DNA of 61,594 nucleotides, counting the filler, from Piptocephalis cylindrospora (taxonomy: Eukaryota): the NCBI GenBank assembly GCA_003614145.1. It is 12 parts of 12 records of this genome, joined end to end, with 100 filler letters (N's around TTAATTAATTAA, not from the genome) between each part and the next. Parts side by side here need not be neighbours in the genome. Positions count along the whole stretch, not along the records: positions 1 to 5,094 come from KZ988433.1; positions 5,195 to 10,277 come from KZ988434.1; positions 10,378 to 15,448 come from KZ988435.1; 9 more parts are not named here. One strand, given 5' to 3'. Of this stretch, positions 1 to 13,415 are shown piece by piece. The translations under genes were made by a program, and so were the position numbers. The notes under the pieces were generated by a model. That model had not been told where the DNA came from. It saw only the letters and a list, made by a program, of their open reading frames with translations, and ran no database searches. Positions within the stretch are counted from its first letter, which is position 1, and every line of letters begins with the position of its first letter.

Positions 1-2622
1 GTGGGGATGAGATGATTTGACAAGATCCTCCTGTTCTCACAACCAGGAAGAACGAGAAGCGGAGATTGAACTCTAGACGATCAGGGGATGCGGAGGTGAC
101 TAGTTAGAGGGAGAGGAGGTTGGATCTCCGACTCATGTGTCTCTGTGGCTTCTTTAAATCTATTCCCCTTCGCCATTCATAACTTCCGCAGGAGGCCTTC
201 TCAACGGAGTGGTACTTTGCCTTCCCTTGGCTTTTGCTCCTAGGCAACTCAACCGCAACTGAAAGCCCATATGACTTTTCTACTCATCCATTGGATCCCT
301 ACCCTCCTTCTAGGGTATTCATACCGAAGGTCGATGCTTACTTTGACGTTCATCCTCACTCCGTCCCTACCTGCTGATTTATACTCTTGGCATACCTTCC
401 ATTGGGCTTTTCAATTGAATCCAATGACGTTTGCCTTGCCTATGCTAGGCTAAGGGCTGAGTTTTAAACGCACGGCTATCTTGGCAAGTGACCTGTGCTT
501 CGTTTCTATTTTCTCATCTAGAAACCATAGTAGGAGGATTGAACGGAGGCTCACACTCTTTGTGGACCGCCGCTTCATTCGTTAAGGTCATGGTGAGTGC
601 GAAACCTGTGAGAAGCATAACCGAGAAAATGTACAAGAGATCTTGAGAAGAGTCGGCGTTGGAAATGAGAGCGGGATAGGAAATGATGGCCATTCCAATA
701 CCCAGGGTACCAATAACGTGGGAGTAGGCTTCATCGGAGGAAAGAAAGAGAATGGTGATGCTCATTTAGATAGCCATAACCTGCTGCAGGCTGGCTCCTT
801 GATCGAAGAGACGGGGGAGAAGGATAGAGGACCCACTGAGTCCGCTTTCTCTGATGGAGAAAACATTCCTCTTCCAGGTACTCGAGCAAGTAAGCCTGAC
901 CTTAAAAGATGACAAGGAGGAGGGGATAAGCCGAAGCTCCCATCCAGGGTCTGAATGTCATATGACAACTCTCATGATCCTGGATGCGCAAGAGATGATC
1001 ATTTTCCTATAAATGGAAGTATGGCCATCTCTTAAGCAAAAAAGGTAACCGATTTGGGAAAATGAACTGAATATACTATTCGTACATTCATACTGGCGTG
1101 TGCCTTGTGGCATATGACAGAACAATCAAAGAAATGTGGAACTGCTCACGAGAATATCAAACAAAACATTGTCAATTCCATGAATCTATGCTGGTCAGGG
1201 GCTCTTGAAAAGGCCTCAATCGCTCAAGAGGTGGTGGGATAGGGAAGAGGCTAGAGCTCTTTGAAAGGATGAAGGAGGTAGGAAGGAGGGCGTAGTTGAG
1301 TGGATTTTAGGGTGCGCAAGATGGGACGAGAGGAAAGAGCTTCAATTTAACCTCTATTTGAGTCTATTGCAATGGAAAAGGTAGGAGGCTTTCTCAATGG
1401 AATATCTGTCATTCATTATCTCTCGGCGCTCTCCCTGACCTTGTTTCAAGGGCCTTGACATAGAGATGCATTTATACTCAATTTCTTTTCCTATTCCATT
1501 CTTACCTACTCTGCCCTATTTTAGGCGTGTTATTCATAGAGGTTTCCAATGGGGCCAATATTTTTTACCTTGCTTAGAGTGAATATCCGCTGCTACTCGA
1601 ATTGCCAGTGACTTGCGCTGCACCTTCACTATCCTTGAAGGACTATAAAAGATCAATGTTTGGGACTCTTCATATGTCCACATTCCCCGAGTATAGGATT
1701 TATTTCTCGTTGAGAATATGATGAGCGGCGTAGGAACCTATCGGAAGAAGCGATTGGAGAAGAGGTATGGTATATGGAGCACCAATCGAAGACAAAAATT
1801 CAAAGGGAGAAAGCGGATAGCTCGATCTTTACTTACTAGAATAGGCTATCTACAATATCAGAGAATTGCAAGCGTGTTCCTCCGAATTCAAACTCGGGGT
1901 GGCAGATGCCATGCTTAGTTGGTCACACTGACGGTTTCATAAGAGAGAGAAGAAATGGACGAGCCCCATCTTGCCATCCCCAACTCACTCGTCCCCATTC
2001 ATTTCTATGCCTCTCTCTTGGCCGTTTCGACAAGGTCTAGGGGCTTTAGGCCGTCGCGTACATGCTTGAGGCCACTACCGATTATATGACAGAGGTGTGT
2101 ATGATGGATAGCCTAATCCATACGAAACTTTGTTCACTTCAAGAGTCAATTCCATAAGCGAAAATAATGCTTAGGATGCAGTTCAACGACAAGGTTCGTA
2201 ATTAGGATGTGTTGGACCTGGCACAAGACGCGGATGAACACTTGTCCAAGACATCTTTGGCATATCCCCCTTCCATCACCCGACCTCTTCAGCTGAGCCT
2301 AGTGTTTACGAGAGCAAGTACATCATTGGTGGATGAGGCATGAATCGTGTAATTCTTCGTTAATCCCCTTTGAATGCCTAAAGTCTTTTTGGTATTAATG
2401 TACCATTCTAAAATAGCTAATCTACTATGGATACGCTTTATTCATTTTTCAATGGAAGTGAATGGTTGTTGGACATCAAGTAATGGCACTTAAACAACGT
2501 TTGGTCATAATGGAGGATGTATTATGTCTAAAGGGCCGACTCACGGCAAGATGCGAGCAACCAAGACTGGGACAGATAATAACGCAAGCAAGTGAAGGGT
2601 ATATATTCAATCCCTTCTCTCC

Positions 2623-5094
2623 TCATCGCTCATCTCCCAGTTCACTACGCGGCTGCTCCTCCTCCCTCAAGTCAATATAGATCAGACCGTGGTGAGCATG
2701 AGCAAACTCCTTTCTCTCCAATGACCGTACCGAGCAGTCGAGCTGCTGGAAAAGTCGCCAAAGTTCTGAATCGAATCGAGACGAGGTATCGACTGGAAGA
2801 CAGCTCTCCCCAGATTGGAGGACCCGAAGTGCTGTGAGATAGGCCTCCATGTACCCTACCCTGGTCCATCGAGTCCGCCTATTAAACTCCTGGCTGGCGG
2901 TGCGGCGCTCTGGGAAAAAGTAACGGAATAGCTTCTTCCAAGTCTTGATGGAGCGACGGCTACCAATAGAAAACTCAGCCCTCCTCGGGATGGCAAGGCG
3001 TACTTGGGCTAGTGACCAAGACGTCATTGAAGGTCCAGATTGGTACTTCAATGAGGAGTTTAGCATATCTTGACGGAGTAAGGCCATGATGCTGGCGGCG
3101 ATTTCTTCAGGGTTTTCGACGCCTCCTTCGCATACCCTCGGGGATATAACCTGCTTCTCCCTTGGACCCATGATGTCAGGGAGTTCCAAGGTGGCTCCTT
3201 CAATTGAAGCCCCAACCACCCCTTCTAACCCCTCTAGACGGGCCCTCCCACGAACACAATCGATCAATCTACGAGATCGATAGGCAATGTTGTAGTTGGT
3301 GCTGGCCCAGGAAAGGCCATATGATGTTGCCTTGGGTCTCGTCCTGGGCCCGAAGACAATCGCGCGGTGATAGGAGAAATACACTCCACGATACAACCCG
3401 CGATATGCTGAAGCCAGAACCATCCGATAAGCCTCGGTCTCGGGGCCAGACTGGGCCAAGTCAACCCGCCTTACTCCATCCATGATGAGCCAGAGGTTTA
3501 CCGCCTTAAACCTCCAGGCCGTCAAGGATGGCAGTGCCTGCATATACTGAGAGGGTTCCTCCATAACCTCTTTGCATTTGGTCAAAAACCCTCCCATGTT
3601 AGCAGATTCAAGGAAAAGACGGGATGTCATCCGTCCCTCGAACCGCACGCCAGAGGACTGTTTGAACCCCTCCACTATACCTCTCTTGAGGATCTCATAT
3701 GATTCCATAAACCGAGAATTGTTGGAGGACATGTCCTCCAGGTCCAATCGGCCCATCCAGTGCTTGGTCTTACCGGATAGCCTTTCCTTGTCCAGTTGGT
3801 AGAGCTGTACATAGGAGAAGTTTGGTCTGTTTCCCTGGAAGCATACGGGATGGGATGGGCCGACATCAAACACACATCCCCCTAAATCACCGGTTAGCCA
3901 CCACTCCATCCGTCGTGGAGCCTTGGTAATCCCCAATCCCATCTTGATAGACTCATCCATCTTCCATGTAAGATGAATGGGTCCATACTCTTCCACCATC
4001 TCCCGTGACCCGATGAATTCCACACCAACATCCACCATCATGCCATCAATCCCTTCCTGCCCAAAAATGCTGGTGTATTCTTCGTGAATCGTCCTCCTCC
4101 ATGCTTGGAAGCCTTCATCGTTGTCCAATTGCGAGAGGGGGACGGACGTGGTCATTTTTTTCCCTTTGAATGCGGCATGGAAAAAAAAGTCGCCGAAGCG
4201 GCGACAAAGGTCCTCGTCTGCCTCTACTATTTCTCGCATCTTCTTGGTGATAGCCCGGACCGAAGGGGCAGGAAGCGTGTGCCCGATGCTAGCACCGACA
4301 TCAAGCTCCGCAGAGTTATCCCATGAGGACCGGATGTGCTGTAGTTTGAACGAGTCCAAGCAGTGAATGAAGGCCTGGTAGATAACTTTATCATACCATA
4401 GCTTGAGAAGCTCGTTGGTTAAGAAGTCCTGGCCGGGGGGGATAATGTCGGGAGCCAGGTTTGGAAATATCACATGGACGGCCAATGAGTCCCTGGCCCT
4501 CCCGAAGAGACAATGTGGGGTCCTTCCCATGGGGACTGGCTTTTCTAGACCAGGGCATTTCACATACTGATGGTTTAGCTTGATGTTCTCAAACCGATTC
4601 GGATTCGGATAGATAGTGAGAGGCACCTTGATACACAACTCTTCCACATTCCACAGCACGGAATCCACATCAATCTGGGCCTCAACAGGGACATGGTGGG
4701 GGAGTGTGACGCTCTCCATCCGAACCCTCTTTGGTACCTCTTCATGGCCCTCGCTGTATCCATAGCTTGCCGCATGGAGATTGTTGCATCCAGCCGGGAT
4801 AACATCGCTCTCTTCAAAGTTAAAAAAGGAAAGGTAGTCATCCAGGGTTAATGACCCCCCTTCTTCCCTTTCCTTTGCCATGTCAGGGCTAGGGATATCC
4901 ACGCTATATAGTCATAGGGTTAGGGTTAGGGTTATAAGGTTAGAATCTGGGAGTAAATGCAATCATGGCAAAAAGAGTAATCAAACTTGAACTCACGGTG
5001 GTGGAAGGGGAACCACGCTGATCATGACCTCAAGGCCTCTCAGCCTGTCGTTGGATAGGACAGGGGCTGACGGGCTCTCTTCAGGTTCGTATAT
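2623..5094 (-). CDS. Large orphan protein (~790 aa), probably 5'-truncated by the contig edge; exons 5094..4997 and 4903..2623
   Basis: 759-codon ORF. The GTGAG...CTAAC...TAG intron at 4996..4904 joins it in frame to an upstream exon that stays open to the contig end. Confidence 0.8.
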
Positions 5095-5194
5095 NNNNNN
5101 NNNNNNNNNNNNNNNNNNNNNNNNNNNNNNNNNNNNNNTTAATTAATTAANNNNNNNNNNNNNNNNNNNNNNNNNNNNNNNNNNNNNNNNNNNN
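5095..5194. other. Artificial contig linker
   Basis: 44N + TTAATTAATTAA (stops in all six frames) + 44N. Confidence 0.99.
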
Positions 5195-6299
5195 ACATCA
5201 ACCTACAGCGAGTGTGATCTTTAGAGGATCCAAGGAAAGGCAGGAGCGCGTGGAATTCCAGTCACCAGATCGCTGTGAAGGATCCCAGGAGATGGGGATA
5301 TTGTCACCATCCTCTCGCACTCACACTCACCTTGACGTAAATGAAGCAGCTCCACAAGTGCCCCATACCCTCCCTCAATTAATCCCATCGATCTATATTT
5401 AGTTGTGTTACATTGGTGTGGAGGAGTCAGGAATACAGTAACGTCCTTCTCTCGATCCGTTCCTTCTTCCTAATAACAATACAACATATTCCATCATCAC
5501 AGCCTTGACCTTGCTTTTCCTCTTCATCCTGGATTGGGAAGAGTACACTTCCTTTCATTTACCTCCCTCGCCCTGATGATTATTGTTATGTGCGTCTCTT
5601 TCGAGAGTGGGGGAGATACTTTAAGTGTTCGTTCACTAATGGACCTTGACCCCCTCTATATGTCCCGTCTCTGCCTTGACCATCACAGCCTTTTTTCTCC
5701 CGCCCTTGGTGTAAAGTCCGCCCTCATCCTCCTCCTCCAAGCCTATGTATGTGCATGTGTGCGTCTCCGTGGCCATCATCAAGACGCATCTCCCACTTTC
5801 CCATTGCCCTCGTCGTTCCCAGCTCCTCGTCCTTTTTCCTCTTATCAAAGGACGATCCTTCCGACGGCTTTGCCTCCTCTTCCCTTCTTCCTTTCCCCTC
5901 TCTTCCCTTTCCTTCTCCCTCCCTCTTTCATTGCCATACCCTGCGTTGATTACTTCTTCGTTCCCAGTTGTCTTGCGTGCTCCCTGTATCGTTCTGATTT
6001 CCCTCCTTCCTCTCTCTCTTCTACCACCACCACTACCACCATTACTACTACTACTACCACTACCACAGCTCCACCAGTCTCTCCTTCCCTCATACACGCC
6101 CTCTCCACCCCACGGACCTTCTTAGCACCGACTTACAGCCCTCCCTCCTCTTGGCTGTCCCCTTTTCCATCTCCGCTCCTCCCTCCTTCCCTCTCCTACC
6201 GCGCCCTGCCTCGCCTTGCCCTGTGCGGCTTCTCTCCTATCATCTCCCCTTCCTCCTTCTCCTCCTCCATCCCCTCCATTCTCCTCGCCAATACACACC

Positions 6300-9276
6300 A
6301 TGACCACCTCAAATGACTCGAGCCCTCCACCATCCCTTAACCCCTCCTCATCTCATCCCCCTCCTCCGGTCGCCTATCACTCCCCATACATGGCGACTGA
6401 CACAGACCTAACCCCCAGTGCTCCAGCCAAGGCCTCCATCACCCTCCCGGCCAAGGTACGAGCCTTTTTCCGAAGAAGATCTACTTCCTTGTCAAGGTCA
6501 ATCTCCCCTGGCCCTTCCTTTGGGGAAGCCTCGAGCCCAACCACCTCAGGTTCTTCCCTATCCCCTCCCTCTCCCTCCACCCCCGCTCGACTCGTCCCTG
6601 GTAGAGGGGGCGGTCTACTCCACCGGTCCAAATCCTTTATCTTCTCTTCTCCCTCCTCTTCACACTCCTCCCCTCATTTCTCCTCCTCCTCCTCCTCCAC
6701 TAAATCCTTCTCCCCAACCTCATCGGTCCACTCCACCCGATCTTCGGCCTACGCGAATAAGGGAAAGGCCTTGATGCCTCGATCAAAGCTTCTACACTCC
6801 TCCTCTTCCTCCTCGTCCCTCTCGGCTCATACACCATCTCCCTCTACTACCACCCTGGGATCGGCCCTGAATTTTCTCCACCCAAAGGGTGGGAAGAGGG
6901 AGAGCCACAGTGCTCATGGAAGCCCCGTTACCTCCACTACCTCCCTATCTCATCCTACAGATTCTCATGGTTTAACCATCGATCCTGCTCTGACCCTCAC
7001 ATCCACCCTCACCACAACCTCTGTCGCTACCACCTCCTCTGCCGCCTCGGTCTCCTCGGCCTCCAGTCCAGCCCAACCCTTGCCCAGCCTGGGCCTGACT
7101 CCACCCGCCCAGGCCACATCGGGTCTTCGGATTGGCGGGGAGCAATCTATCCTGACGGCTGCGGTCAATGGGGATGATTATGACTTTGATGGCTTTTACC
7201 GATCTGAGGCCATGGCCCCGGAACTGGCCACGACTATTCGACGCGTCAAGAGTGAGGCCCTAGGTCGGTACAGATCCTCCTCCACCTCCTCAGCCTCCCC
7301 TCCCACTGGGGTCTCCAAACAATTGAAACGATCCACCGGCCCTGGATCGGCCCTCGGTCTGGGCATAGGGTCTGGCTCAGACCCCTCTTCCCCACGTACC
7401 CCTACCCTCCTCTCCTCCCCGGCCTCCACATCAGCCTTATCCCCTGGGCCCCGAGGGAATCGTGCTGCCTCTTTTGCCCTTCTTTCTCCACACTCTCACT
7501 CGGCCAGTTCTTCCCCCTCGGCCCCCTCGGCCCTGCCCAAGACGTGTCGTCGGCAATATTCGTCCAATTCCATCCGGATACGTGCAGCCACCGTGGGTCC
7601 CGGGGACTTCGTCAAAATTCGGCTTCTGGGCAAAGGGGACGTGGGCAGAGTGTACTTGGTGAGGAGAAAAGATACGGACCGATTGTACGCCCTCAAGGTC
7701 CTATCAAAACGGGAGGTGCTTAAGAGGAACAAGATCAAGAGGGCTCTGGCCGAGCAGGAAATCCTCTCCAAGAGTAATCATCCCTTCATCGTCACCCTCT
7801 ACCACTCTTTCCAGTCCGAGGCCTATCTGTACTTTTGCATGGAGTTTTGCGTAGGTGGCGAGTTCTTCCGCGCCCTCCAGGCCACCCCGGGTCGATGTCT
7901 CCCTGAGACTGCGGCCCTCTTCTACGCTGCCGAGGTGACCGTAGCTCTGGAGTATCTGCATCTCTGTGGCTTCATCTATCGGGATCTCAAGCCTGAGAAC
8001 ATCCTTCTTCATGAGACCGGTCACATTATGCTTACTGACTTTGACCTCTCCAAACAAGCTGCATCCAAGGAGGGCAAGCCAAAGGTCATGGACTCAGCCT
8101 CATCCTCCTCCTCCTCCTTGGCTTCATCTGCGGCCAGTCGGATGATGGGCACCATGCGTGTTGGCATGACGGGGAGTCTAAGAAGTGTCAGGCGGCCCTC
8201 TTCCTCCTCCTCCTCCCCCTCCTCCACCACTGCATCCCCCACTACATCTTCTTCCTCTTCCGCCGCAGCCCTAACATCCTCCTCCTCGGGTACCTCCAGG
8301 GGGTTTGCATCAAATCACGGATCGGGGACTGGTGGACCAGATGACCCGGTGGTCGATACGCACTCGGTGGTCAAGCACCTTCGGACGAATTCCTTTGTCG
8401 GGACTGAAGAGTACATTGCCCCTGAGGTAATCAACGGGGCAGGCCACACGGCCGGGGTGGATTGGTGGACACTTGGGATCCTGATCTACGAGATGATGTT
8501 TGCCACCACACCCTTCAAAGGCCCCTCTCGTCCACAAACTTTCCATGCTGTGCTGACCAAGGATGTCTCTTTTCCCTCCTCCTCTTCCTCCGCTTCCTCC
8601 CTCCCACCTCAGCCGATTAGCTCGGCGACCAAGCATCTGATTCGGAAGTTACTAGTCAAGGATGAGTATCGCAGACTTGGGTCTAGGGCTGGGGCAGCAG
8701 ATATCAAAAGTCACCCGGCCTTCAGGGAGACTCAGTGGGCCTTGCTTCGGCACACTCAACCGCCCATCCTTCCCCGAAAGCCCACGGTGGAGGAGCTGTA
8801 TCGCACGGTACGGGAGCGAAGTATCTCTTTGGATCTCCAAGGAGAGGAGGGTGTGGAGTGGGCACCCTCCCCTCCCGGAACGGGCACCATGAGAGCTGAT
8901 GGCTCCCCAAGAGCCCATCATCCCTTTGAGCAATTTTCATCAGGTAAATAGGCCTTCAGAGAGAATGACTGAACATTGCTTTGGTCCGTGACTCACATTT
9001 TTTCCTTTTGGCATAGTAACATTACTTCGAAAGGGAGATGAAGAAACGGACATTGAGGAGGAGTTGGCCAGGACAAGGCAACATCTTTCCTCCTCCACCA
9101 CCTCCTTTTCCTCCTCTTCTTCCTCCTCCCCATCCCCGGCCACTAAATCTCTGGATAAGGGATCAAGGGCTTCTGGTAGTGGAGGAGAAGGTGGGTCAAA
9201 AGCCGGGGGAGATGATCTTCGTGGAAGAATCAGGGCAGAGGCTTTGGAATGCAAAGAGACTTCTGGGCCTGCATGA
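6300..9276 (+). CDS. nrc-2: AGC Ser/Thr kinase, Nrc-2/Fpk1/Kin82 (flippase kinase) subfamily; exons 6300..8943 and 9017..9276
   Basis: [13 protein letters not shown]...[27 protein letters not shown] and [11 protein letters not shown] motifs. Splicing restores the C-terminal PFEQFSSVTL motif. Long Ser-rich N-terminus. Confidence 0.93.
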
Positions 9277-10277
9277 CCCGTCTCTTCCCTATACCATGGG
9301 TGAGCATTGAAGTTTGATGCTTTGTCTTTTTTTCTTCTCCTTTCCCCTCCCTTCCTCTCTCGATCATTTCCTCATTCTACATCTACTACTATTCACTTTC
9401 GTTCTTCCCAATTGTGCTTTGATTGAGTGAGGAGTGAATAAGAGGGACAGGACAGTTCTATATATACCCCCCATGTCGATGTGTCCACGGTAAACAGTAT
9501 AGTCTTTACATCACTACAAGGAATGGTATGTAGAATATTAGTATCCTTGGGTATGATAAATGAAGCGACAAAGACGTAAGAGGCGTCAAAGAGAGTAGAG
9601 CAACAGCAAGCTGATGCAGGTAATCTATGGATGGAGAAAGGACAACATATATATCATATTTGGACCTTGCTAAAGGCCGCCTGTAATCACCACTTGTCGT
9701 ATCCAAGCTGAAATGGATGCATTATACTATATAAGGAACCTCCTATAGGTTCATGATTTTTTATATCCTTTCGGTTTCTCTTCTATAAATGGGGTCATGC
9801 TATCCCCCTTTCAATGAAGTAATAAGAATGGTACTCAATGTGGAGATGTCTATACTTTACCCATTGCCCCCTTATCTGCCTTCCTCCCCTCTCCTACGAA
9901 TGATATAATATAGTCAAGGCTGGGATGGTGGCCAGGCAGAGATAGTCCACCCTGACTTACCCTTTTTATCTTTATCATTAGGCATATGATCAATTGTGAT
10001 TTGAGTCATTTATTTCTCCTGCTAGGGACATTGACAAAGTTGTTAATAATAATAGGTCATGGCCTCTTTAGAAGGCTATTAGCATTCAGCTCAGGTACTC
10101 CAAGGCGTTCCCACCCATTTCCTTTCCTTAGTTGTCCGTGCTGATGACACCGCTTACAGAAGCGCGGCAGGAAAATCTCCGCCCATCCATCACTACCACC
10201 TCACCAACCAAGCACACATAGTGTCGCGCTTCGCTAATGAAAGCTTAAATGATGTATCAAGCGTCAAACGTCGGGGA

Positions 10278-10377
10278 NNNNNNNNNNNNNNNNNNNNNNN
10301 NNNNNNNNNNNNNNNNNNNNNTTAATTAATTAANNNNNNNNNNNNNNNNNNNNNNNNNNNNNNNNNNNNNNNNNNNN
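10278..10377. other. Artificial contig linker
   Basis: 44N-TTAATTAATTAA-44N. Confidence 0.99.
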
Positions 10378-10496
10378 GTGGCAGTCTTGGCGGAGATCGT
10401 AGCATGGTTCGGAGGAGGGGCCTCTGCGTTGGCTAAAGGCAAGGCAACGACCATCAAGGCCATGGCAAGAAGGGGGAAGAAACGGGTGGGGATCAT
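10378..10496 (-). CDS. N-terminal fragment of a secreted protein, truncated by the contig end
   Basis: MIPTRFFPLLAMALMVVALPLANAEAPPPNHATISAKTA is signal-peptide-like with an ANA cleavage motif. It is open to the contig edge and preceded by a pyrimidine-rich leader. Confidence 0.6.
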
Positions 10497-10936
10497 CGTG
10501 GAACAAGGATCAGCTGTCTAGCAGGTGAGGGGAGCGGAAAGGGGAGGCGGAAAGGGAGAGATGTCGTGGAGGGAAGTGAGGGGCGAGCGCGCGTGTAAAC
10601 AAGCAAGTTCGTGAGCAGCAACCAATGAAAGGGATCAGCGGAAGTGAAGGAGGCGGGATGCTGACAGGGAAGTGGAGTGGCAAAAGGGGAGGAGGGGAGG
10701 CGATGGGGAGGAGCTGGACAAAGGCCACGGGGAGCCGAAGGCAGCGAAGGGAGATCAGAGATGGGGCGCAAGCGACAATGGAATGGCGTAGGAAGAGAAG
10801 AAGAAAGGAGGGTTGAACGGGATATCGGGGTAGAAGGACAAAGAAAAGGGGGATGATTTAAGGAAGCCTCTGAAGTTAGGTCAGGTCACAAGGGAATCAT
10901 GGTAGGAATGATTGGGCTGGGTTGGGCTGAACTCGA

Positions 10937-11139
10937 CGGAGACCAAATCCACGCTGCCATCCGGCCCTCTATGGTCGGAGAACGGACGGAGTTTGAAGTC
11001 GAGCTTTCTGTAAGGGTTGCATTGGCTAGAGAGAGGACGGATCGAGCTGGTCAATTAAGGACTCTCCCTCAAGTCGGAGTACAAATCTAGGGTGCGGAGT
11101 GGAGTTTATCTGTCGGAGATACTTAAATGGTGGGCGGAG
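10937..11139. promoter_or_regulatory. Cluster of seven same-strand CGGAG motifs (putative upstream activating sequence)
   Basis: CGGAG at 10937, 10976, 10987, 11075, 11095, 11114 and 11135. Confidence 0.35.
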
Positions 11140-13415
11140 TATCAATCGAGCACCGATTTCTCCCTTCTGTCGCCCCTGGCCAATGTACCCTCTGTATAGT
11201 TGCGTTCTCAGGGTTCCTCTCCGCCCCTCCTAGGTTCTCTGCTTTTCCAGGCTATGGGCACCAAGTAGACGGGAGGGTAAGAGAGGGGACAACGAGTCAG
11301 CCCGTTAAAGTAAGGGACCTCGTGGAGATGTGACCATCTCTGACTGATGCTAGCCACAAGCTACGCCGGGTTTACAATTGTGTACTTCATGCGGTCCTAA
11401 AAGCTCCACTTTGGCTGCTTCCTTGAGGAAACCGCCCTTGAAGGGATAGGTAATAACGATAAAGGCATTTAGAATTGACTAGTTCATCTTGAACTGGACT
11501 GCTCAGGGAGGGTGTAACTCCTTGATGGATGGCAACAATCCTCTCATTTTTCTCTCTTGACATCCAGATTACTACAGTACCTTGTGATTGGATTTATAAG
11601 ATCATTTTCACTCTATAGCTGGGCATATTTATAATGCCAACAGAAAAGAGAGGTGTAGACGGCGTTTAGAGTTTACTTGTCTATATGTAGTCCTGATCTG
11701 GCCCGTAGCCTCGCAGCGTATATGGGGATGACAGTCTATCGCTCTCTTGTATTAAACCACACCTTAATGGATTTAGTATGGATGCTTTCATTGATTGATA
11801 TGCACTAAATAATATTTTGAGCTCAATTAAAATCCATACCATCACAACGGGTAATCATCTGGAATAGGCCATATTGGTTAGATACAAATATAGTACTGGA
11901 GAGGATACGCTAGTTTCAATAATCCTGCCCCAGCTGTACGCTGGAGTAGATCTTTGGCGAAGTGGGCATTAATAACGGTAGTAAGTGGGCGTATGTCAAG
12001 AAAGCGGGAGCTGTCAGTGGTGTGTGCAGGAACGAGAAGGTCACCTCATCAGGATGACCCTTTCGTCCCTCATATAAAGGATGGGAGAGCGTGTGTGTGG
12101 GGTGTATGTGTGGGAATGGGTGGATGCAGGGCGGGAATAAGTATGGGGAGAACTCGGAGGGAACGAGCATGGGAGATAGGAGATGACAGGAGGATGACGC
12201 ATGCTAGAACCATCCCGTCTTTTCATCCTTCTTTCCCTCTTCCTCTTTATCCCCTCTCGTTCCTTGTGGTTTGGTTCCAGTGGTCATCCTGTGGCTTGGT
12301 ACTAATATACCAAACGTGAGAAATAGTGGTAAATAGCTAAACCTCCAGCAATGTGAACCATCTTGGCTGGAATGGACAAATAAATGCTCAAAACTACAGG
12401 GATGAAAGGCTTTCCGGGGTTGCTTCTGAGAGCCATCCTTTGCCTCTAAAGGAAAATGGCCAAAGGTAATGGAGATGATGTCGTTAAGATCTGTTATATA
12501 GGCGCTTCATGGGCATAATCCTTAGCGGGAAAGGAACGCATTGATGAACAAGAAAAAGTGATGGCTATGTAATACCAGTCTCTCCATTCTACTTATTTAT
12601 CTCTTTCCATCAACCTTTCTACCTAACTCCGTGGATGTTTATGCTCTGGTCCTTCTGGTCTCAAGGTCGACATCCCTAATTCTTCTAGCATATTGCATTC
12701 TCAGTATAATTGTATGAAGCATATGGGCTATAGCGGCCATGAATAGTCGGTGTTTATGTTAAGTCTGGAGCGCTGGTACCCACTCAGCAGCTCATTCCAT
12801 AACTCCTTTCTCTTTCAAGCCTCTAAAGTAATACCGCAGCGTGAATTTGAGAGTAGCTTTCCTTTCTCAGGAGGAATGCACCCTAGTCAGGTCGGAAAGG
12901 GGAGGTTTCAGTATAGTCATTTGCTAATCCTATACCATCGGAGCCTCCAGCGAAGCCTTCATGAGCAGGTGCTTTTCCTCAGACACGATTATTCGTCGGC
13001 TTCGTTCCTATCGGAGCTTCAAAAATACCGGCGAAATGATCAAGGGCAATTGTTTCTCCATTTCACCTCTGTTGAACGGAAGTCCTGCTCATGTATTAAA
13101 GCGCTTTCAGCACAAGTGAACGATCGGGCCACCGTAAAAACTCTGCATTTGGCTCCTAACGGGGATCAGGAACAGAGTGGCACCAAGATCAGGGCATCTA
13201 CTGTTTAGCCCATATCCTTAACTATAGAACTAAATTTTTTCGCGCCTCACGCCCTACCTTCCTTCTACTTTGATCTTCACCCCAATGTCCTCGTCTCCGG
13301 TTATCCCTCTTGATCTCTAATAATTGCTTTCTGCTCTCTCCAGGCAACCTATCGTAACTTCGCTACTCCTTCACCCTTCCACTCTTACTTTCATTTCTAT
13401 GTGCCGCCTAAAAGG

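Noticed and set aside
514..968. Small hydrophobic ORF and overlapping ORFs on contig 1
   Set aside because: Competing ORFs lie on both strands, with no recognisable homology or splice model.
5534..6316. 260-aa ORF and overlapping ORFs upstream of the AGC kinase
   Set aside because: This is a CT-rich low-complexity leader with (ACC/ACT)n repeats; the lack of stops is compositional.
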